Under the pieces are notes generated by a model. The model was given only the letters and a program-made list of their open reading frames with translations. It had not been told where the DNA came from and did not search any database. From NCBI GenBank assembly GCA_965261395.1, contig OZ253462.1, positions 3,296,001-3,360,000 of the forward strand: a DNA stretch of 64,000 nucleotides, written 5' to 3'. Source of the stretch: Candidatus Latescibacterota bacterium (GTDB lineage Bacteria > Latescibacterota > UBA2968 > UBA8231). This document shows positions 57,021 through 64,000 of this stretch, piece after piece. Made by a program: the position numbers and the translations under genes. The stretch's first letter is position 1, and every line of letters begins with the position of its first letter.

Positions 57021-57923
57021 CTAGTGGTTAAACTCGGTTTTGATGCGGCCCCAAGTGCTGGATTCAACGGCTGTGGGGGCGGCTCCCCAGTCGATGGCGT
57101 CGTCGAGTTCGCTCATGACCATGTCGTTGTCTGCGCGGCAGCAGCCATTGGGCGATACCGACCAGAAACCCTGATAGTCTTCGAGAGCGGCTCCGCCTTC
57201 AATGTCGAAGTCGCCGAAGGTCCAGCTAATGGCGATGATCTGGCCTTCTTCGAGGTCGGTTTCTTCAGCAGCGGCCCGGTCGCCATCGTCGGGAATGAAG
57301 TCAAAGGGCCGGATCCAAGCCTCGTAGAAATACGTGCTCTCGCCGAACTCTTCTCCTGAAAACGTGTATGCGAACCTCCAGGCATCGTTGTTGTCTGGAT
57401 CGAGGACCCAGTCAAACGGGGGATTATAACCGCCCCACGCCCCAGCCGTCGGCGGCATGGACCAGTTGTACCCCACCTTGAGGATGCCGCCTTCCGTCCC
57501 GGGGGCATAACCGCCGCCGCCCTCGGCCTCGGGGTGGGTCGGCGACACATAGACTTCCCAAGCGTCGTCTGCCCACCAAGCATTAGGCTCTTCGGCGTCG
57601 CGGGTGTGGACGTTGTCGAAAACCTCGGCCATGAAATAGAGCAGGTTGGTATTGTCGTTCCAGCCGACAATCTGCCGCACGCTCAGGTCGCTTACGTCGA
57701 TCTCGCCGCGCAACTTGCTGTACACCGAATCGGAGTACTTGTCGTTGCCGACTTCGTAGGGAATCTGGGGCACGGCGGCCCAGTCTGCGTGATTGCCGTC
57801 GATGACCGGTATATTTTCATCCGGGAACTGCACGGCGAACAGGAGTTCGCCGGGAGGAAAGTGAGCCAGAGCCGGTAGCGCAACCACCGCGACGAGCAAG
57901 GCGCTTACTAACGTTTTTCGCAT
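57021..57923 (-). CDS. secreted acidic CBM9/DOMON-like protein with C-terminal PTAVESSTWGRIK motif
   Basis: Signal peptide (ALA-H); PVIDGNHADW, VGWND, LLYFMAEVFDN, DAWEVY, YEAWI. Start could be 57929. Confidence 0.7.
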   Translation of the reverse strand: MRKTLVSALLVAVVALPALAHFPPGELLFAVQFPDENIPVIDGNHADWAAVPQIPYEVGNDKYSDSVYSKLRGEIDVSDLSVRQIVGWNDNTNLLYFMAEVFDNVHTRDAEEPNAWWADDAWEVYVSPTHPEAEGGGGYAPGTEGGILKVGYNWSMPPTAGAWGGYNPPFDWVLDPDNNDAWRFAYTFSGEEFGESTYFYEAWIRPFDFIPDDGDRAAAEETDLEEGQIIAISWTFGDFDIEGGAALEDYQGFWSVSPNGCCRADNDMVMSELDDAIDWGAAPTAVESSTWGRIKTEFNH

Positions 57924-57953
57924 CTCCATCTCCTTGTAAATTGGCGTGAATAG

Positions 57954-57981
57954 GTAGGGGCGACCCACCGGTCGCCCCTAC
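57954..57981. repeat. GTAG-type REP-like palindrome
   Basis: GTAGGGGCGACC-CACC-GGTCGCCCCTAC; the stem can be extended over 57950-57985. Confidence 0.8.
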
Positions 57982-57997
57982 CTATATATCGCGCTTC

Positions 57998-58026
57998 AAG
58001 GTACTCCCAACAACGTTGAAAGTCAA
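57998..58026 (-). promoter_or_regulatory. sigma70-type promoter for the CBM9-like/barrel/GT operon
   Basis: Minus strand TTGACT (58026-58021), 17 nt, TACCTT (58003-57998). Confidence 0.5.
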
Positions 58027-58102
58027 GCGTCTTTTTTCCGTACCGCCGTGTTCATAGCTGCCGTTGCCTAAAATTCTAATTCCTTGTTATCAAAGGAGTT
58101 AT

Positions 58103-59845
58103 CTACTTCTGGCTCAGTGCCTGACGAATGCGCTCGGCCTCGCGGTGCGCCGGGTCGAGACGCAGCAAGGTCGTCCAAGCAGCGGCCATTTCCTCGTGGC
58201 GCTGCTGGCGGCGGTACAGCTCGCCCAAGCGGTAATACGCCTTAACAGCCTCGGCGTCTAGTGCCACGAGCGCGGTGTATTGCCGGATGGCGGCTTCTGT
58301 GCGGCCGACGCGCTCGTAGGCACGGCCGAGATTGTAGTGAGCTTTCAGATGGTGCGGTGCCAAACGCAGCACCGTGCCATAGTGTCCTATGGCCTCCTCG
58401 TAGCGGCCAGCTTTCTGGTAGGTCAGGCCGAGGTTAAAATGCGTTTCAACGTGGGTGGGATTCAGGGCTAATGCGGTTTTGAAGGACGTGATAGCCTCCT
58501 CGTAACGCCGTGCCGCGCTGTGCAGTATTCCGAGGTTGAAATGCGCTCGCAGCCGAGTCGGCTGGATGACCACCGCCCGCTGGTAGTGGTGGAAAGCGCG
58601 GGCGTATTGTCCCTGCTGATAGTAAGCAAACGCGAGGTTGTCGTGGGCGCGGGCGTTGTCTGGATAGTGTGCCAAAACCGCAGCAAACAAGCGGGCGTCG
58701 CTGTGCCAATCTCGGTTGCGAACTATGGTGCGCGCACCGCACAGCACCACTGCGCACAGCACCACCGCCCAAATTAGGCGCTGCTGTCGCGGATTTTTCC
58801 GCAGCCAGTACTGCCCGGCCCACCCCCAAGTCAGGGCCACCGGGATCATGGCCAAGTGCAGGTAGCGCTCGGCCATGCCGCTGGGTGCGAGAAAAAACAA
58901 ATTGGCCACCGGCAGCAGGCACCAGCCAAAGAACGCGCTGGTGAAGACGAGAAAGCGCGATCGCACCACCCAAGGCAGCGCAACTAACGCGATCACACAT
59001 GCCAAACCCGCGATAAACCACAGGTCCCAAGGCGACGCTACCGGGGGAATTGACGCATGCGAGTAATCTGCCGACAGGTGCAGCGGCGCGGCGATCAGCA
59101 GCAAATAGCGCGGTAGAATGGCCACGGCGGTGCCGAGCCGCTGCCACGGGCCAAGGTCGGCTAAAAAATTGGTAGAAATTGGCCCGGCAGGGGCGTCGGC
59201 CAACGCCAGCCAACGCAATGCCAAGACGCCCAGCAGGGCCACCCCATATCCCCAGTGTCGCTTGCTCCAAGCCGCTGCCCCCTCCCGTGAGTCGGCCAAG
59301 AACAGCGCGAGCGGCAAAACCATCGCCGTCTCCTTCGACAGGCAGGCCCCCGCGTACAGCAAATAGGCTAGTACGCGCCGCCGCCGGTGTGCTAGCAAAG
59401 CACTCAGCGACAACAGGCTGGCCAGCAAGTCGCCCCGCGCCGAGACCCAAGCCACCACTTCAGTCTGGAGGGGATGGCTCGCGTACAGTAAAGCGACCCA
59501 CAGCGCGGCGCGATCCTCGCCGAGCAGGTCGCGGGCCAAGGCGTACAGGAGCAGGCTATTGACCGAGTGCAACAGGACGTTGGTCAGATGATAGCCCCAA
59601 GGGGCTTCCCCGAAGAGCTGGAAATCGAGGCCGAGCGAGAGCAAGGTGAGCGGCCGGTACAGCTCCAGCCCCATCCAGCTAGCGCCAAAAAGCTCGCCTA
59701 GGGCCAGAGTGCGCACCGCGTCGCTAGCGAGGTACGCCGAGTCGTCGAAAACAAAGCCGTTGCCCAAGGTATTGGCGTAACACACCAGCGCCAACGCCGC
59801 TATGCAGATGGGGTGCGAAGTCGAAAACCGGATGCTAAAGCGCAT
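58103..59845 (-). CDS. TMTC-like (DUF1736 + TPR) protein O-mannosyltransferase-like membrane protein
   Basis: NGFVFDD, YRPLT, YHLTNVLLH, HPLQTEVVAWVSARGDLL, SKETA, PLHLSADY, MAERYL, RNRDW, followed by TPRs. Confidence 0.85.
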   Translation of the reverse strand: MRFSIRFSTSHPICIAALALVCYANTLGNGFVFDDSAYLASDAVRTLALGELFGASWMGLELYRPLTLLSLGLDFQLFGEAPWGYHLTNVLLHSVNSLLLYALARDLLGEDRAALWVALLYASHPLQTEVVAWVSARGDLLASLLSLSALLAHRRRRVLAYLLYAGACLSKETAMVLPLALFLADSREGAAAWSKRHWGYGVALLGVLALRWLALADAPAGPISTNFLADLGPWQRLGTAVAILPRYLLLIAAPLHLSADYSHASIPPVASPWDLWFIAGLACVIALVALPWVVRSRFLVFTSAFFGWCLLPVANLFFLAPSGMAERYLHLAMIPVALTWGWAGQYWLRKNPRQQRLIWAVVLCAVVLCGARTIVRNRDWHSDARLFAAVLAHYPDNARAHDNLAFAYYQQGQYARAFHHYQRAVVIQPTRLRAHFNLGILHSAARRYEEAITSFKTALALNPTHVETHFNLGLTYQKAGRYEEAIGHYGTVLRLAPHHLKAHYNLGRAYERVGRTEAAIRQYTALVALDAEAVKAYYRLGELYRRQQRHEEMAAAWTTLLRLDPAHREAERIRQALSQK

Positions 59846-59893
59846 AACGGCATTTCCTTAAGCAAATGTTTCTTTGTATAATGCAACGTAACT

Positions 59894-61558
59894 ATGGATA
59901 CTTTAAACAGAAACCTTTTGCGGCGCAGATGCGCCATCGCGTGGGTGGCATTGATTTTGTGGGTGGCCTGCAGCCAGCAAGACGCGCCACCGGTAGCCAC
60001 CGTCGGCGAGGTGCCCGTCACAGGAGCAGAACTGCGCCGATTTGCGTCAAACGTGCTGCCGGGGCTGCGTCCAGCCCAACAGGGGCAAGCAGCGCGGCAG
60101 GATTACTTGCAGACCTTGATCGACCGCCATCTCATGCTGCGCCAAGCGCGCGAAATGGGATTAGACAGCGAGCCGGCCGTGTGGGTCGAGCAGCTACTCC
60201 AGCGGCGCACCTATCTGGCGAACCTGTACCGAAAGCGCGACCTGCATCCCCAAGCGCAAGTTGCAGACGCGGACATCGCCCACTTTTTCGCAGAACAAGA
60301 CCTCGGGCGCGAGCGCCTCATGACGGCCATTTTGCTCCAGACCAAGGCCGAGGCACAAGCGATCCAGCGCCAGCTCGCAGCCGGCGCTTCCTTTGCCGAC
60401 CTCTCCGCTCAACACACGCTCGACCCGCGCACGGCCGCCCAGCGCGGCCAGATCGGCTTTGTCAATCGCTCCATGGCCAGCCGCCTTGGGGTTCCAGAGG
60501 TCGTATTCGATCACCAGCCGACCGGCGTCGTATCCGAGCCGTTGCCCTTGGGCCGGCGATTTCACTTGGTGCGCTTTATAGAGGATCGCCAAGTAGAGAT
60601 CGATAGCCAGCGCGACTTGCTCGCCCAACAGATGGCCAAAGCCAAGAGGCGGGAGGTCGAGCGGCAGCAGGTCGAACTCCTCGCCTATGAATTGGGCTGG
60701 CATTTGACCGCGCAGGGGCTAGCCGCCCTGCCATCGCAAGCGAATGCACCTCTGTTCGCGTATGCAGGCGGTCAGGTCTCCACCGAAGAATATCTAGAGG
60801 TACTGAAGAAGCATCAGATAACGCGACCAGAGGCGCTACGGGACAGCGCGGCCATTGCGGCTTTTGCGCGCCGCGCTATCCTGCCGGAGCTCGTTTTGGC
60901 CGACGCGGCCGAAAAGGCGGGCTATCACCAAGAGCCAGAGGCCGCGGCGCATTTGGCCAAGGCCGACGAAGAATTGCTGCTCAAGGCCGCGTATCAACGC
61001 CAAGTAAGCGATGCGGTCGCCGTAGCCGCAGCCGATGTCGAGCGCTATATCGCAGAGTATCCCGAACGATTCACCATCCCGGAGTCCATCTGCTTTGACG
61101 AGCTGATCGCGCCCAGCCTGCCAGAGGCACAGCAGCTCAAAGAGACCTTGACCGGCCAAGAGGATTGGGCCGCACTAGCCGAGGCTCGCGACTTCCCGCT
61201 GCGACCGCGGCGCGCCGACGGCCTCGTCTGCATGCACCGCTACAACAGCATTCCGTACCCCCAGCTCTGGCGCGCCCTGCAACAGGCCGAGGTAGGGGTC
61301 CTAAACGGCCCCGTGCGAACCCGCGAGGGATTCGCTTTGTTCGTGGTGATCCGCACCGAGCCCGCCCGCCCAGAGCCGCCACAGCAGGCACGGCAACGGG
61401 CGCGGGCAGCCCTCGTGCAGCAGGCCGAACAAGCGCGCTTTGACCAATGGATTGCGGCACTGCGAGCAAAATACCGCGATGAAATCGACATATCCGCCGA
61501 GCAACTCGCCGCTGCCCTGCCCGATTCGCTGCTAGCCAACCTAGTACAGCGCGAGTGA
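59894..61558 (+). CDS. PpiC/parvulin-type peptidyl-prolyl isomerase lipoprotein (second copy)
   Basis: Lipobox WVAC; ILLQTKAEA...GASFADLSAQHT...RGQIGF; second degenerate parvulin domain; paralogous to 17244-18752. Confidence 0.82.
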   Translation: MDTLNRNLLRRRCAIAWVALILWVACSQQDAPPVATVGEVPVTGAELRRFASNVLPGLRPAQQGQAARQDYLQTLIDRHLMLRQAREMGLDSEPAVWVEQLLQRRTYLANLYRKRDLHPQAQVADADIAHFFAEQDLGRERLMTAILLQTKAEAQAIQRQLAAGASFADLSAQHTLDPRTAAQRGQIGFVNRSMASRLGVPEVVFDHQPTGVVSEPLPLGRRFHLVRFIEDRQVEIDSQRDLLAQQMAKAKRREVERQQVELLAYELGWHLTAQGLAALPSQANAPLFAYAGGQVSTEEYLEVLKKHQITRPEALRDSAAIAAFARRAILPELVLADAAEKAGYHQEPEAAAHLAKADEELLLKAAYQRQVSDAVAVAAADVERYIAEYPERFTIPESICFDELIAPSLPEAQQLKETLTGQEDWAALAEARDFPLRPRRADGLVCMHRYNSIPYPQLWRALQQAEVGVLNGPVRTREGFALFVVIRTEPARPEPPQQARQRARAALVQQAEQARFDQWIAALRAKYRDEIDISAEQLAAALPDSLLANLVQRE

Positions 61559-61573
61559 AATGGAGGAATTCCC

Positions 61574-64000
61574 ATGACCATCCAACGCACACCCTTACGC
61601 TGGATCCTGCCGCTGTTCCTTTTCTTGAGCCAAGCGGGAGCACAGGAGGGGTTTGAGCTAACCGCCGACGGCATGGCCATAAATCGAGCCGCGCAATGGG
61701 AACACTGGACGCGGCCCAAACACGCCGTGCGCATCAACCCCCAGACCCATGCTATTATTCCGCGCCGCATAGGCCAAGCGACCGACGCCATCCTAGACGT
61801 CGACCGCTTCCAGACCCTGATCGGCAACCAGAGTGCATACGACAAACTGGTTAAGGAATTAAACCGCGCCGACCGCCCCATACCGCTCAACATCCGCACG
61901 GCCCCGGCCACCGTAGCCGGGGTGCCGATCATCTATCTAAAGGCCAACACAAAGAAGAACATCGAGATCGGCGATCCGATCATCTGGTATTACTATCACG
62001 GCGGCATCCGCCACGCCGGCACCAGCGCCGAAACCGCCGCGGCCATACTCGACGGCGACCCCGCGACCTATTGGGAACCCAGCACCTTGGTCTCCCGCAC
62101 CGAATACAACGACCTCGCGCCGGCCGCCAAGGGGCCTATCTACTTTTTCGTCAAAGGCGACGATGGCCTAGAGCGGCGGGTAGATGAAGCCGCGTACGAA
62201 GCAGCTGCCCCGGGGGATCGCCGCGTGGAATACCACAACCACTCGCTCGAAAATTGGACGGTCGATATCGACTTAGGCCGGCTGGTGCCAATCTCCAAGG
62301 TGGTGTTGCGCTTCCTAGACCCTGGCGAGGGCGAACCTTTCCGCCAAGTGCGCCTACTTGGCACGCCTTCGGACGCCCGGGGTGCGGCTTTATCGCTCAT
62401 AGACCGCACCATTGCCCCGGTCGAAAACCAAACCTCGGTGGAGTTCAACCTCGACCCAGATGATGAGGGTATTTACCGGCAACTCCACATCCTCCGCATC
62501 GCGGTCACCGACAGCAAGCTAAACAAGTTCGCGGCCGTGACGGAAGCTGAGTTCGCCGCCCTGTCGCTCGACCAACAGGGCGGCATCGACTACCACATCG
62601 TCAACGCGGCCGGCACTGAGACCAAGGTCGCCCGCAGCATCTACGAGGACGTCTCTCCCGAGCGCCGCGGTCGCCTCGTCCACCATCGGCGCGAGCGGCC
62701 CCGCCTAGCGGCCGTAGAAGTGTGGACCCAGGGCGACAACATCGCCCTCGACGTAATCAATGGCGGCGGCAGCGTCGAGCTGACCGGCACCTTCGGCGGC
62801 CTGCCCGGCTTCGACGGCCGCTACGAGAGCAACTTCCTCCAATTCGTCTGGTCGCCCGACCCCCGCTTTGAAGATCGCGGCATTATGATCCTCGACCTCG
62901 GGGCGCGCTTCTGGCTCAACTACTTCCGCATGGTAGGCGGCATCAGCGGGGTGGACGAATTGGTCGTCCGCATCTCCGACGGCACCCGAGATTCCAACGG
63001 CAGCCTGAAGTGGCGCGAGATGTACCGCCGGGCAGGATCTGCACAGAATTCTACCCCATGGTCGGGGGTATCAGTGGGTGCGGCGGAGAACGGGTTCGAA
63101 AGACTTGAGCAAGTGCGCTACCTGAACAGCCAGATATATACCAGCCAAGCAGGCCGCGCCGGCGGGTACAACACCGGCGACCGCATCCGCGAGGTGCAGC
63201 TATTCGGCGAGGGCTACCCCTCTGAAGTCACAGTCACCTCGCCGATGATCGAGCTGCCCGGCTCGGTCATTCTCGGCCCCATTGAATGGGAAGCCGACCT
63301 GCCGGACTCAGACCTAGTCGATGTCCAGATCCGCACGCGCACCGGCGACCGCCTCGTAGAGATCGTCGAGTACTACGGCAACGGCGGCGATCTCAAGACC
63401 GAAACCGAGTACACCAACCTGCCGACCAACTTTAAGGGACCGGTCGTGGATAAGCTGCAGCCCGGCGGCGGCTGGAGTAGCTGGAGCCAGCGCTATACCC
63501 GCTCGGGCCAGTTCGTGACCTCCCCCAGCCCGCGCCGCTTCTTGCAGATCCAAGCGCGGCTGCTCTCCACCTCGCCCGACGTGGCGGCCAGCCTGCGCTC
63601 CATTACCGTGAAATTCCTGCCCCCAGTGGCGCACCGGACCGTCGCCGAGATCTGGCCCAATACGGTCGAGCCGCGGGAAATGCGCGAGTTTGCACTTTAC
63701 CTCAAGCCCACTTTTGTCGAGCACCAGCCCGGGGGACCGCCCAGCCGACGCTTTGACGAGATATTGCTGGACGCCGCACCCATAGAGACGCTCTCTATCA
63801 CCGATGTGGCTCTCGGCCAGGAAGAAGATTTCGATCGTGGCCAACCCCGCCGCCTCTTCTCCGCCGCCAGCGCGGACGTGCTGATCGACGCGGCCACTGG
63901 CGATTCCCTGAAGATCTTCCCGGCGGATACTGGCACCGGCCTGCGATTACTCCTCCCCGAAAAGGTGGCCTTGCAGGCCGCAGACGACGATACCCGCACC
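61574..64000 (+). CDS. secreted two-discoidin protein of the FlgD-tail family (paralogue 6), runs off the window
   Basis: Not in the ORF track because it has no stop in the window. GGAGG RBS; MTIQRTPLRWILPLFLFLSQAGA-Q; LDGDPATYWEP, IDLGRLV, EVWTQGDN, LDLGARFW, EVQLFGEGY, IRTRTG, WSSWS, SPSPRRFLQ, AEIWP. The C-terminal tail itself is not visible. Confidence 0.8.
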   Translation, partial: MTIQRTPLRWILPLFLFLSQAGAQEGFELTADGMAINRAAQWEHWTRPKHAVRINPQTHAIIPRRIGQATDAILDVDRFQTLIGNQSAYDKLVKELNRADRPIPLNIRTAPATVAGVPIIYLKANTKKNIEIGDPIIWYYYHGGIRHAGTSAETAAAILDGDPATYWEPSTLVSRTEYNDLAPAAKGPIYFFVKGDDGLERRVDEAAYEAAAPGDRRVEYHNHSLENWTVDIDLGRLVPISKVVLRFLDPGEGEPFRQVRLLGTPSDARGAALSLIDRTIAPVENQTSVEFNLDPDDEGIYRQLHILRIAVTDSKLNKFAAVTEAEFAALSLDQQGGIDYHIVNAAGTETKVARSIYEDVSPERRGRLVHHRRERPRLAAVEVWTQGDNIALDVINGGGSVELTGTFGGLPGFDGRYESNFLQFVWSPDPRFEDRGIMILDLGARFWLNYFRMVGGISGVDELVVRISDGTRDSNGSLKWREMYRRAGSAQNSTPWSGVSVGAAENGFERLEQVRYLNSQIYTSQAGRAGGYNTGDRIREVQLFGEGYPSEVTVTSPMIELPGSVILGPIEWEADLPDSDLVDVQIRTRTGDRLVEIVEYYGNGGDLKTETEYTNLPTNFKGPVVDKLQPGGGWSSWSQRYTRSGQFVTSPSPRRFLQIQARLLSTSPDVAASLRSITVKFLPPVAHRTVAEIWPNTVEPREMREFALYLKPTFVEHQPGGPPSRRFDEILLDAAPIETLSITDVALGQEEDFDRGQPRRLFSAASADVLIDAATGDSLKIFPADTGTGLRLLLPEKVALQAADDDTRT

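Overview
High-GC bacterial window with no rRNA, tRNA or CRISPR array seen. The gene families (sulfatases, CRTAC1/ASPIC proteins, a C-terminal ...STWGRIK protein, many FlgD-Ig/CHU_C-tailed secreted proteins) suggest a Latescibacterota-like or related FCB-group organism; this is inference. Layout: (1) 1-5510: end of a solute-binding protein gene, two divergent Cys-type sulfatases, a NUDIX gene, a HAD remnant and an IS30 element. (2) 5514-23362: an apparent ~18 kb co-directional operon behind a TTGATA-N17-TATAAT promoter. It encodes three paralogous secreted discoidin/FlgD-tail proteins, a ~900 aa outer-membrane barrel-like protein, a lipoprotein and a PpiC chaperone, followed directly by grdC-grdA-grdB-grdE-like reductase genes. 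GrdA and GrdB are selenoproteins with in-frame UGA codons and GGA-loop SECIS hairpins, which the ORF track splits or misses. (3) 23395-41027: housekeeping genes (purL, sucA-sucB-lpdA, SDR, HAD, xylA, nadA with an upstream RHH-type gene, dapL, a TIM-barrel isomerase, glnS). (4) 41046-64000: a second copy of the same surface module (three more FlgD-tail family paralogues, a second barrel, a second PpiC) plus two GT-C/TPR glycosyltransferases, a TPR lipoprotein, CRTAC1 proteins and a CBM9-like protein. The best candidate for an undescribed system is this repeated barrel + tailed surface proteins + PpiC module, which in one copy is coupled to a divergent selenium-dependent reductase.
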